A stretch of 64,000 nucleotides of DNA from Bacteroidota bacterium. GTDB taxonomy: Bacteria > Bacteroidota > Rhodothermia > Rhodothermales > Rubricoccaceae. The notes under the pieces were generated by a model. That model made no database searches. It had not been told where the DNA came from and was given only the letters and a program-made list of their open reading frames with translations. The DNA is taken from the NCBI GenBank assembly GCA_039024395.1, contig JBCCQJ010000001.1:3288-67287 (forward strand), written 5' to 3'. How positions within the stretch are numbered: the stretch's first letter is position 1; every line of letters starts with the position of its first letter. The translations under genes and the position numbers were made by a program. Positions 8,785 to 17,930 of the stretch are shown here, in pieces.

Positions 8785-11235
8785 ATGCTCCTCTTTTCTA
8801 CCCGCTCCGCCCTTCGAAGCCTGCGCCATGACATGGGCTATGCAGCCCTCAACGGAATCGGCCTCGTCGTCGCTCTCGCAGCATGCATCCTGATCGCGCT
8901 CTTCGTCCGGGATCAGCTCTCGTATGACCGGCACCACGCGCATGCAGATCGGATCGTCGTCCTCGGTCGGCAGAACACCGCGTTCGGTCAGGAGGAGCCT
9001 ACGCCCTCGACACCCTACGCCATCGGTGACGCGCTGAAGGACGGTGTGGCAGGCGTCGAAGAGGTCGTCCGGATGACCTATGGAAGTCCAACCGAAGGCG
9101 TCGTTCTTGTGGGCGACACGCCGGACGATTGGTACGAAACCGGAGGCTTTGCGGCCGACCCAAGTTTTTTCCGGGTGTTTACGAGCCCTGTGGTCGCGGG
9201 CGACGGCCGGGACCCTCTCGCCGACCCCTCTGGCATTGTCCTCACAGAACCCGTTGCAGAGCACGTTTTCGGCTCGGCAGAGAACGCCGTTGGAAAGGGT
9301 CGCCGGGTGATTGTGGGCGGTGACACGCTCGACTTGACGGTACGCGCTGTCGTTGAGAGGCCACCGTCGCAGTCGAGCATCCAGTACGGGGCGCTCATTT
9401 CGACGGGCGCGCTCCTCGGGACGAGCCCGAGCCTACCCGCAGACTGGCGCTCGGTCAGATACCGGACGTTTGTGCTTCTGCGACCCGGTGTGCCTTCTGC
9501 GACCATCGAGGTCGCTGCCAACCGACTCTCGCAGGCTGAGATGGGCAACGGCACGGAGGACGACGGGATCCAGTACGTGACGCTCCCGCTCGCCGAACTC
9601 CACCTCTCCAGCCTCTCGTACAAACAGGGGTTCAAGGGCAGTCTATCGTTTATACGAATATTTGCCTCTGTTGCATTTCTGATCTTGCTCATTAGCGTTA
9701 TAAACTATGTAAACATGTCCACTGCACGCGCTACGCGGCGTGCCCGTGAGGTCGGAGTCCGGAAGGCCCTCGGCGCCAGCCGGAACGAGCTGATGTCACA
9801 GTTCCTGCGAGAGTCCATCGCCTTGACCGCTCTCTCTGCGGTCGGCGGCGTCGTTGCAGCCACACTCGCGTTGCCGTGGTTCAACGAGACGTTCGGGGTA
9901 CGCCTGAGCCTGGCGTCGCTCGACAGCCTGTTTTGGGCTGGACTTGGGGGAGCCACCCTTGCCGTTGGCGTCTTGGCAGGCCTCTACCCGTCTGCGTACC
10001 TCTCCCGGTTCTCTCCCTCGCGCGTGCTGGCAGGGGGGCAAACGGGGGGCGCAGGGGCCACGTTGTCACTGGGGGGCACCAGACTCCGACGTGGACTCGT
10101 CGTCGTCCAGTTCGCTACGGCTGTCGCCCTCGTCGCGCTGACCGGCTCGGTCGCCCACCAGTTGAATTACATGCGTTCGGCCTCTCTCGGATTCGAGCCA
10201 GACGGGCTTGTGAGCGTACACGTCGATGACCCTCTGCTGGCAGGTCAGACGGAGACGCTGAAGGCTGCGTTTGAGGCCAGCCCGTCCGTTCTGGCCTCAG
10301 CCGGCGCCAGCGACGCGCCGCCGAATTTCTGGGGGACCTCTGTCGGCCAGCCGGATCCCGACCAGCCAGATCTCCAGCTCTTCTACAATCCCGTCGACGC
10401 CGACGCCGGCCTCGCAGATGTACTCGGGCTCGACGTGAAGGCCGGCCGGTGGTTCGAAGCTGGAGACGCGTCGGAGGCTCCGAGCACGACGGTCATCACC
10501 GAGGGGTTCGCCCGAGCGCTGGGATACGCCCCCGAGGAGGTCATTGACAAAACCCTCGACATCGACATGCGTGAGGGACAGCGGGTCATCGGTGTCGTCG
10601 GCGACTTCCACCATGCGAGCCTTCGAGACCCCATCCAGCCTGTCGCATTTCGCCCCAATCAGCCTGCGTCCTGGGAAGAGCCTGGGACACCGGTTCGCTA
10701 CCGAGAGATCGTCGTACGGATGGCCCCCGGGCGTGACGCGGAAGCCTTGGCCCATCTTCAAGCTGCCTGGGCACAGTTCTCTCCCGAAACGCCCATTCGG
10801 ACGACCCGAATTGCGGACAAGGTGGCGGATCTGAATCGGGAAGAGTCTGCACTCGCGCGCGTGTTCGGTTTGTTCGCCCTGATCGCCGTCGTGATCGCTG
10901 CACTCGGGCTCGCTGGACTGGCCGCGTACTCCGCCAAACGCCGCCAGCGGGAAATCGGCATCCGCAAGGTGCTCGGCGCGACGGTCGGTGGGCTCGTTGG
11001 GTTGCTCTCACGCGAGTACCTCGTGCTTGCCACCGTCTCAGCGGCGCTGGCGTTGCCCATCGTGATCGTCATCGTCCGCCGATGGCTGGAGGGCTTCGCC
11101 TTCCACGCACCGATCAGCCTGACGGTCCTGGTTGGAGCCGTGACCGTTGTTCTGCTGGTCGCGCTGGCGTCGGTTGGGACGCAGGCTCTCCGGGCGGCAT
11201 CGGCCAGCCCCACGCGCACGCTCCGTTCTGAGTAG
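8785..11235 (+). CDS. duplicated FtsX/MacB-like ABC transporter permease, paralog 3
   Basis: Same architecture: REVGVRKALGA, REIGIRKVLGA, C-terminal ASASPTRTLRSE. Confidence 0.9.
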   Translation: MLLFSTRSALRSLRHDMGYAALNGIGLVVALAACILIALFVRDQLSYDRHHAHADRIVVLGRQNTAFGQEEPTPSTPYAIGDALKDGVAGVEEVVRMTYGSPTEGVVLVGDTPDDWYETGGFAADPSFFRVFTSPVVAGDGRDPLADPSGIVLTEPVAEHVFGSAENAVGKGRRVIVGGDTLDLTVRAVVERPPSQSSIQYGALISTGALLGTSPSLPADWRSVRYRTFVLLRPGVPSATIEVAANRLSQAEMGNGTEDDGIQYVTLPLAELHLSSLSYKQGFKGSLSFIRIFASVAFLILLISVINYVNMSTARATRRAREVGVRKALGASRNELMSQFLRESIALTALSAVGGVVAATLALPWFNETFGVRLSLASLDSLFWAGLGGATLAVGVLAGLYPSAYLSRFSPSRVLAGGQTGGAGATLSLGGTRLRRGLVVVQFATAVALVALTGSVAHQLNYMRSASLGFEPDGLVSVHVDDPLLAGQTETLKAAFEASPSVLASAGASDAPPNFWGTSVGQPDPDQPDLQLFYNPVDADAGLADVLGLDVKAGRWFEAGDASEAPSTTVITEGFARALGYAPEEVIDKTLDIDMREGQRVIGVVGDFHHASLRDPIQPVAFRPNQPASWEEPGTPVRYREIVVRMAPGRDAEALAHLQAAWAQFSPETPIRTTRIADKVADLNREESALARVFGLFALIAVVIAALGLAGLAAYSAKRRQREIGIRKVLGATVGGLVGLLSREYLVLATVSAALALPIVIVIVRRWLEGFAFHAPISLTVLVGAVTVVLLVALASVGTQALRAASASPTRTLRSE

Positions 11236-11245
11236 AGCCCGTGGA

Positions 11246-11274
11246 GCGGTGGCTCCGCCAGGAGCCTCCACCGC
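11246..11274 (+). terminator. hairpin downstream of permease 3 (no U-tract)
   Basis: GCGGTGGCTCC-gcca-GGAG(cct)CCACCGC, located between convergent genes. Confidence 0.3.
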
Positions 11275-11363
11275 CCGCCTGAGAAGCTGTTCGGATTCAC
11301 GCGTTCGGGCTCTGAGCGACTGCGTCGCCGGCAGCGTTCAGCACGAGGGTCCTGTGTCCGATC

Positions 11364-13628
11364 CTACTCGCCCGCGGCGATCGCAATGCCCCGCTCCAGC
11401 ACCTCGTCCCGACCGGCTCGGATGCCGGCGAGCGTGCGGCGTACCTCGACCATCGGCTCGATCCCCACCGCGTGGAGCACACGTCCGTCGTGGCGGCGGA
11501 CACGCATCCCCGTCCAGGCCACCTGGTGGCCCCCCGGCAAGGCCAGCGGGTTGACGTTGCCGTTGGCACCGGCCGTCGTTCCCCCAACCGTCGTGCCCAC
11601 GTCGAAGTGATCGACGATGCCCAGGATGGACTCGGCGTAGCTGATCGCGCGGGCGTCCGTCAGAAACACGAGTCGCCCCCCGATGTGGGGCTCCATCGGC
11701 CGGACGTGCTCCCAGCGGACCGAGTCCACGCCGGCACCGCCGGGCTGACCGGGACGTACCGTCCGCAGGGTTTCGAGCCACGCGGACACCACGGGCTCGT
11801 CGACGAGGTGGTTCAGGAACGTCGTCGACATCTGGCGGGGGTAGCCCCGGAAGTCGAGCACCACACCGCGAGCGTCGACCAGGTCCCCGAGGCGGGCCGT
11901 GAACAGGCTGTCGTTGGTGCGGTCGATGTCGACGTACAGGATCCCCGGCCTCACCTCGGAGATGGGGGCGGGCCGCTGCTCTGCTGGCGCACGCTCCACG
12001 CGGGCGACGTCGACCTCCATGCGGCGCCTCTCGCGGTCGAGCCCCACGCGGGCCGTCGACCCGGCGTTTCCTCGGCCAAAGGTGCGGAGGGCACGATGGG
12101 TACGCCACTGCGGCGATCCCGACATGAGGGTTGCCTCCGCCTCCACGAGAGCCATGGCGGCCTCCCCGTCGATGCTCACGACGACGTCGCCGCGCTGCAC
12201 CTGTGCCGAGTCCGCCGTGGCGACGACCACGATCTGCCCCTCGGCCATCTCGACCGAGAACGGCAGGTCGAAGCCTCGCTCGACACCGGCACAGCGCACG
12301 TTTCCATGCCCGTCCTCGAGGCGGCTCACGAGCTGGCGCAGCACGTCGCAGTGGTCCGCGGGTGTGGAGGCCTGGAGCGCTCCTTCGAGGGCCTCGGTAA
12401 GGGCGGCGTCCAGGTCCACCTCGACGTCGTCGAGGTACGGGTAGAAGTGGTGGAAGGTGCTCCACGCCACGATCACGTCGGCCGCACGCAGCGCCAGAGA
12501 CGGGCTGCCAGCATCCGCCTCGGGGAGGCCTGCGAGGGCGGCGTCCAAGGCGTCAAGCTCGGCGCCATCGGGTCGGGGACGCGTCTGGCCGTCGCGGCTG
12601 TACAGCGCCAGCGGGACCGAGACCGAGAGGCCCTGGCCGATCTCGATGATGGCTGTCTCCTCGGGTGACACGCGTGCGTCGAAGAGGGGCGCGGCGGGAT
12701 CGTCTGGGGAGGGGAAGGAGACGCGGAGCGCTCGGTCTCCGTCCGACGCCTCGGGGCGCACGTCGAGCGTGTAGCCGGGTCCGGCGCCGCCCCAGCCCTC
12801 CGGCCGGTCGGCCGCCTCGAACGAGGCGTTCGGGAGCGCGACCGGCTCCCACCCGGCGGCCCCTTCCACGTCGAGGCGGAAGGCATCCAGCCACGCCGTC
12901 CCTGGACGCAAAACGAGCCCGCCGAAGGCCAGCATGTCGGCATCGTCGTCGACGGTCCCTTCGACGGCGTAGGTGTCCCAGGTTGTGGAGGTCACTGGGC
13001 CGTTGGGCAGGTTCTGGAAGAACCCGGGCTGCCCTCCCGGCCGATCCGCCCGAACCCAGAGCTGTGCCTGCCCCGACTCCACGCGGATGTCGGCGGAGAG
13101 TCGAACGCGACGCCCCCGAAACGGCGTCGCGTCGAGGGCCTGGATGACGCCGCCGAACGGAGGGCCGGTGACCTGCATCGGCGACGGCCTCCCCAGCCGA
13201 ACGCTCCGGTAGACGTTGGGCGGCCCGTCGAGCCAGACGCCCGCGTGCTGCCACGCGACCACCGTGAGCCGATCTGCGTCTGCGGGCGGTACCAGAGGAT
13301 CGGGAGGGTCGTCGGTGGAAAACACGTCGACGGACGGCGCCAGTGGGCGGAGCACCGACTCGATCGCGCGCTCCAGGTCGCCGGGGGTCGTGGCGGCGAG
13401 CACGCGCTCGGCCCCGAGGCGGGCGACGCGGTCCCAGTCGGCCGCGGCCGCCTCGTCGCTCGGGTGGAAGAAGCGGACGGCTCCGTAGGCCCGCGCGAAC
13501 GCCTCGAGGCGGGCAGCCGGGTCCGGGTCAGGCGTCGCGGGAGGCGTAGATCCGCTGAGCACGGGCGCGGCCAGAAGCCAGCCGCATGCGGCCAGCACAG
13601 GGACCCATCGGCGGTGCGTGTCGCGCAT
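11364..13628 (-). CDS. S41 family peptidase (tail-specific protease-like), secreted
   Basis: PDZ-like block GDVVVSIDGEAA. S41 core blocks VVLDFRGYPRQ and LVFLTDARAISYAES. Start set to the ATG at 13628 (MRDTHRRWVPVLAACGWLLA). Confidence 0.8.
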   Translation of the reverse strand: MRDTHRRWVPVLAACGWLLAAPVLSGSTPPATPDPDPAARLEAFARAYGAVRFFHPSDEAAAADWDRVARLGAERVLAATTPGDLERAIESVLRPLAPSVDVFSTDDPPDPLVPPADADRLTVVAWQHAGVWLDGPPNVYRSVRLGRPSPMQVTGPPFGGVIQALDATPFRGRRVRLSADIRVESGQAQLWVRADRPGGQPGFFQNLPNGPVTSTTWDTYAVEGTVDDDADMLAFGGLVLRPGTAWLDAFRLDVEGAAGWEPVALPNASFEAADRPEGWGGAGPGYTLDVRPEASDGDRALRVSFPSPDDPAAPLFDARVSPEETAIIEIGQGLSVSVPLALYSRDGQTRPRPDGAELDALDAALAGLPEADAGSPSLALRAADVIVAWSTFHHFYPYLDDVEVDLDAALTEALEGALQASTPADHCDVLRQLVSRLEDGHGNVRCAGVERGFDLPFSVEMAEGQIVVVATADSAQVQRGDVVVSIDGEAAMALVEAEATLMSGSPQWRTHRALRTFGRGNAGSTARVGLDRERRRMEVDVARVERAPAEQRPAPISEVRPGILYVDIDRTNDSLFTARLGDLVDARGVVLDFRGYPRQMSTTFLNHLVDEPVVSAWLETLRTVRPGQPGGAGVDSVRWEHVRPMEPHIGGRLVFLTDARAISYAESILGIVDHFDVGTTVGGTTAGANGNVNPLALPGGHQVAWTGMRVRRHDGRVLHAVGIEPMVEVRRTLAGIRAGRDEVLERGIAIAAGE

Positions 13629-13770
13629 GGGATGGAGGCGAGTGAGCCGAATCAACCTACAGCCGTGGCCTCAACCGGATGGCCGCCTGGGCCCACCGAG
13701 GCGGAAAGGCCGGCGGCGCGTGCCGATGATGGTGCCTGCAGGGGGAGGAGATCTCTGTCACGACGAGGCC

Positions 13771-15216
13771 CTATTCACCGCCAGGGGCAGAAGGCTCAAA
13801 CTCCAGGACGACCCCCACCTGGGGGGATCGACGCGTACGCAGGACCTCTCGCGTGGAGTCGTCGATGTCGTAGGTCATCTCCCAGCCGTCGTCGGACGTG
13901 GTCCGGACGCGCCAGACGCGCGCTGAGGCATCGGTTTCGTTGAGGGCGTCGACAGAGACCCGGACCGGAGCCGGGACTCCTTTCGACCCGACCGATTCGA
14001 CAGTGGTCGCGTACCCGTCCTCGAGAGGGAGCATCCGGATGAGTTCGCCGACCCAGTTCTCATCGAACGCCGGTCCGTCGAGGTCGATGAGGGTCGTCTC
14101 GTTGGGCTCGACGGTCGACCCGGAGACCGTCCGCTGGAGGCCACGGTCGGAGAACACCAACTCGATTCGGGTCTCCTGATGGGTGATCGTTCGGGACAGA
14201 GGCTGGAGCGACGGCCACGAGGCGACAGACGAATCGCGCAGTACCACGCCGTCCATCGCCCCCATGCGGCTGGTGGTGACCAAGGTTGCTGTGCGGGCAT
14301 CGTCGTCGACGGTGAGCGTCCGAGATGTCGTCCCCATGTCCTGCTGCATCGGCTCGACGACGCGGATGCGATAGGTCTGCGCGTAGCTCCGCAGACGCGA
14401 GGGATCGAGAGGCGCGTCTTCAGGATGGATGGGGCGCGCGTCGCGGTCGGCGGTCGGTTGGTCCGCAGTCGCAGGCGCAAGCGTGACAACCACGCCCGCA
14501 CGGAGCGCAATCGTGGTTTTCACGAGGTCGCGTGTGGCGCCGTCGACGAAGAAGCGGCGATCCTGGCTCCCCGCCTCCTGGATGCTTCCGCCCCTGTCCC
14601 GGGTCTCCTGGATCACCCATGTGGTACGGCTCGCTCCGTCTGCTCCCGTCACCTCTTCCTGCCCGACGACGGTGAGCGTGACCTCACGAAGACGGTGGAT
14701 CGGAGAGAAGGTGGGAACGATCGCTGTGTACCCGGCCCCGAACGGCAGGGACCGTGCGACCAGAGGGACGGCGGCAGGGTCGAAGGGGACCTGCGGCAGG
14801 TCGATGTCGAACGATCGCGTCTGTCGATCGCGTGTGAGATGGGCTCCGCTCGCATTCGACCCCCTGATGGTCGCGCGCCCGGTTCCGGCACGCCCACGGT
14901 CGTGGTCGATCACGAGCGGGGTCAGGTCGGGTCGGTAGACCGCCGAGTCTCGGGAGGCCAAACCCGCTCGGGGGGCGTCGGCATCGGTCACCACACTCAC
15001 GGCGCCGTCGGCGAGCGGCGTCACGGTCCGTGTCACGGTTCCGAGACGTGGGCCACCGACGGAGCCGTCGTAGACGGCGAGCACAGAGTCGTCCGGGCGA
15101 ACGGGCGTCAGGTCGGGGTGCCCGGGCGACAGGCGGACGGCGTCCTGGGCCGTCGCAGTCGCAGCGAGCACAAGGACGATGGGGAGAAGGGGGGTCGGCA
15201 CAGAGCGCATGGCCAC
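13771..15216 (-). CDS. secreted hypothetical protein (two-domain, DUF3108-like?)
   Basis: Signal MAMRSVPTPLLPIVLVLAATATAQ. 481 aa. Lies directly downstream of a near-consensus promoter. Confidence 0.65.
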   Translation of the reverse strand: MAMRSVPTPLLPIVLVLAATATAQDAVRLSPGHPDLTPVRPDDSVLAVYDGSVGGPRLGTVTRTVTPLADGAVSVVTDADAPRAGLASRDSAVYRPDLTPLVIDHDRGRAGTGRATIRGSNASGAHLTRDRQTRSFDIDLPQVPFDPAAVPLVARSLPFGAGYTAIVPTFSPIHRLREVTLTVVGQEEVTGADGASRTTWVIQETRDRGGSIQEAGSQDRRFFVDGATRDLVKTTIALRAGVVVTLAPATADQPTADRDARPIHPEDAPLDPSRLRSYAQTYRIRVVEPMQQDMGTTSRTLTVDDDARTATLVTTSRMGAMDGVVLRDSSVASWPSLQPLSRTITHQETRIELVFSDRGLQRTVSGSTVEPNETTLIDLDGPAFDENWVGELIRMLPLEDGYATTVESVGSKGVPAPVRVSVDALNETDASARVWRVRTTSDDGWEMTYDIDDSTREVLRTRRSPQVGVVLEFEPSAPGGE

Positions 15217-15236
15217 AAGAGGGACTTCTCAGGATT

Positions 15237-15284
15237 TACTACAATCGTAGTATTCATTATACGACGATCGTAGTATGTTGCCAA
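15237..15284 (-). promoter_or_regulatory. sigma70-type promoter TTGGCA-N17-TATAAT with two 16-bp palindromic operators
   Basis: Read on the minus strand: -35 TTGGCA (15284-15279), 17-nt spacer, -10 TATAAT (15261-15256). Operators are TACTACAATCGTAGTA (15237-15252) and TACGACGATCGTAGTA (15260-15275), 23 bp apart. The patch is AT-rich within a GC-rich genome. Confidence 0.6.
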
Positions 15285-15348
15285 GAGGGTACTGGGTAGC
15301 CCTGGGAACCGGGGCAAGCCTTCTCCCTCCTCCAGGCTCCTTCTTCTC

Positions 15349-15967
15349 TTGGCCTCCGACGCCATCGGCGCGGCCATGCTCGCCGACGCGCAACCCGCGC
15401 CCGAGGTGGCCGGCCTCGTGTTCGTTGGCAAGTACAGCATCAGCCGCAAGACGGCCTGGCGCCACGCACAGTCCCAGCGCAGGAGACAGGCGGGCGGGCG
15501 GGTGCGCACCGAGGTCCAGGGAGCGGGAACGCAGAGACCGCCGCCGCTCCAACGGGGGCGATGAACGAGCGTGGTCTGCTGGTGCTCGGCCAACGGGTTG
15601 GCGGGAGCGACGACGGCCCGGTGCCTTGCCTTCGTGACCGACGTGCTCGTGCCTGCGCTGCGACCGGGACCGGTGGTCGTGCCCGGGGAACCTCACGGCG
15701 CACCAGAGACCCGAGGTCCGGACGGCCATCGAGGTGACAGGGAACCCCCTGCGCTTCGCGCTGCCGTACAGCGCGGAATGCTACAAGACTGAGAACGCGC
15801 GGTCGAAGCGGAAGCCGCTGCTTCGCAGGATCCCAGCCCGGACGCACGAAGCGCTCGGCACGGCGGGTACCGAGGCTGCACAGATGATCATGGTCGTCGA
15901 TGCTGTGAGCGAGATACGGGGGCGGGCTACGGCTCCAGACCTAACTGAACGTTGCTCTAGAGCGTGA
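15349..15967 (+). pseudogene. IS630-family transposase relic (C-terminal ~2/3, in-frame stop and frameshift)
   Basis: Fragments LVFVGKYSISRKTAWRHAQSQRRRQAGGR, then an in-frame stop (15562-15564), then AFVTDVLVPALRPGPVVV, then a frameshift, then LRFALPYSAECYKTENARSKRKPLLRRIPARTHEAL. These match the DDE-region pattern (VFVDE...PRG, VLxPxLRPGxVVVMDN, LPPYSPxxNPIE...K..LR...ART.EAL). Confidence 0.6.
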
Positions 15968-16018
15968 CCTCAATGGTCTGGCTGTTGCCTGTGTAGCCCC
16001 TTGCGGCTGTCTCACGAC

Positions 16019-17491
16019 TCATGGGGTGACCGCACGAGCGGTTTCAAGGACCCACGCCTCGACCAACTCGGTGTCGAACGTAAGCCCCGGGTATGCGATG
16101 GCAGGGAGGTACGGTTGGTTGTGAGCCCGGGGACGGTCCCGCCACACCTTCATGGAGAACCCGAACACCCCGAGTTGGCTCGGGACCACGATGCCCTGAT
16201 TGTCGATGTAGACGGCGTCGGCGAACGTCGCGGTGCCCAGGTGAACGACCCCAGGAACGGGCAGAAGTTGATCTGCGAAGTCCAGGCATGCGCTTCCGCA
16301 CCAGCCGTCGGTGAGAAGCACAACCGTTCCAGAGACGGGGTTCTCGACCTCGGGCAGGGCTTCCTTCGGATCGTCACCGCTCGATCCGTCAACGTCGACC
16401 AGGTCTCGTCCCGACGCCGCCGCATCCCGAAGGGTCGCGATCAGACCGGTGACGTACCTGTGCTGCGAAGAGCCCGGCGTAAAGCGGGGAAGCGTCGAGG
16501 TCTCGATAAAGTCGGCGTTGCTTTCTGACGCTCGCCATTCGACACGCGGCGAGTACGGATCGAGGCTGTAGAGGTAGTCTCCGTAGGCCTCTCCGTACAG
16601 GCCCTGCAAAATGGAGTACGCGAGCCCCGAGCTTCCGCCCGTGTTTCCGCGGACATCGAGCACGATGAGATCATGGTCACGGAACGTTGGCATTTGCCCG
16701 CTGAGGGCTTCCAGGCGCGCGACGTTCTCCCGGTCGCCGCCACTGAAGGTCGGGAGTGAGATCCAGACCGTCTCGTCGTCCATCTCCCGGACTCCGAACC
16801 CCGGTGCCGGGCCGTACACCGCACGCTCGAGGAGAGGGCGGACGGTTTCGCGGGCGATCCCCCACCACCCAAGTTCGATGGTGCGCTCCGTCCCGCTGGT
16901 GTCCCGGACGAGGCAGTCTGAGGGTCGTGTCCAGAACGGGTTGTGCGCATCCACGAGGACGTATGGAGCCGACCGGGTGCGCGATGCTTCGAGGGATGGA
17001 ATCGCCCCGTCGTAGGGCATCACCTCGGTCGCGAGACGCTCTTCCAATTGAACGCCATCGCAGGAAAGCACCTCGTCGCCTACAGACGGGTAGCGGTCTT
17101 CATCTCGGTCCACGTGGTCGACAAAGAAGCGTCCTTGGCGCAGCGCGACGGTGAACCGGGGCCACCGGACCCACGATCGCGAATGGAAGGACTCGAACCC
17201 GATGTGACCGTCGTCGAACCCCGAGGTGTAGTACCGGAGCACCGCCAGATGCCCGTCGAGCGATGTGATCTCGTCCGTCATCGCGGGGGCGGCCTCGTAC
17301 CCGTCGTCGAGCCACGTTCGGTAGCCGGGATTGAGGGGATCGACGGGGCCCGGATGGTTTTCCAACAGGGCCTCCCGAATCGCAGCGAGATCGTTGCGAG
17401 CCAACTCACCCCAGGGACTCGGGGTCTGGGCCCAGGCGGATCCTGCAAGGAGAAAGGCGGCGGCAAGAATGCTCGCGAGTGATTGACTCAT
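16019..17491 (-). CDS. S41 family peptidase, secreted
   Basis: Signal MSQSLASILAAAFLLAGSAWAQ. LIVLDVRGNTGGSSG and VVLLTDGWCGSACLDFA blocks. Start moved to the ATG at 17491. Confidence 0.8.
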   Translation of the reverse strand: MSQSLASILAAAFLLAGSAWAQTPSPWGELARNDLAAIREALLENHPGPVDPLNPGYRTWLDDGYEAAPAMTDEITSLDGHLAVLRYYTSGFDDGHIGFESFHSRSWVRWPRFTVALRQGRFFVDHVDRDEDRYPSVGDEVLSCDGVQLEERLATEVMPYDGAIPSLEASRTRSAPYVLVDAHNPFWTRPSDCLVRDTSGTERTIELGWWGIARETVRPLLERAVYGPAPGFGVREMDDETVWISLPTFSGGDRENVARLEALSGQMPTFRDHDLIVLDVRGNTGGSSGLAYSILQGLYGEAYGDYLYSLDPYSPRVEWRASESNADFIETSTLPRFTPGSSQHRYVTGLIATLRDAAASGRDLVDVDGSSGDDPKEALPEVENPVSGTVVLLTDGWCGSACLDFADQLLPVPGVVHLGTATFADAVYIDNQGIVVPSQLGVFGFSMKVWRDRPRAHNQPYLPAIAYPGLTFDTELVEAWVLETARAVTP

Positions 17492-17599
17492 GTGTCCTGT
17501 CGGATGAGAACGGTGACGCGGTGAGGTCCGGTCTTGCCAGCTCGGCCAAACACTGTACCGCTGCACGTCTTCGTCACTTCCGTGGCATACGGCAAGGGC

Positions 17600-17651
17600 C
17601 TCTGCACAGCAATCGTGCGTCTCCGCACAGCAACCGTGCGCCTCCGCACAA
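17600..17651. repeat. 21-bp tandem repeat x~2.5, each unit a GCAC-N7-GTGC dyad
   Basis: CTCTGCACAGCAATCGTGCGT / CTCCGCACAGCAACCGTGCGC / CTCCGCACAA... in the divergent intergenic region. Confidence 0.6.
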
Positions 17652-17930
17652 CGGAGGGCCGCCTCAGCGATTCGATAGCGCCGTGGCACGGCTGGTTTGA
17701 GGACGTCGCAGGTGCGGACGGCGTGCGCGCAAGCATGGGACCGATTGTCGGCGCATCCAAGCGATGCCTCAGAAAAGAGCCTGGGCGTATCGGTGCGGTG
17801 TGCGCTCCCGCACGACCGATGAGCGCTCAGGCACACCTCGACGCCTCGGGGGGCGCGTTTGGGGCAGGTCGGAGGTCAGGCATGCCCGTTGCCAAGCGCC
17901 GGGGTGTCTCACCTCTCCCCCCTCCCTCCC

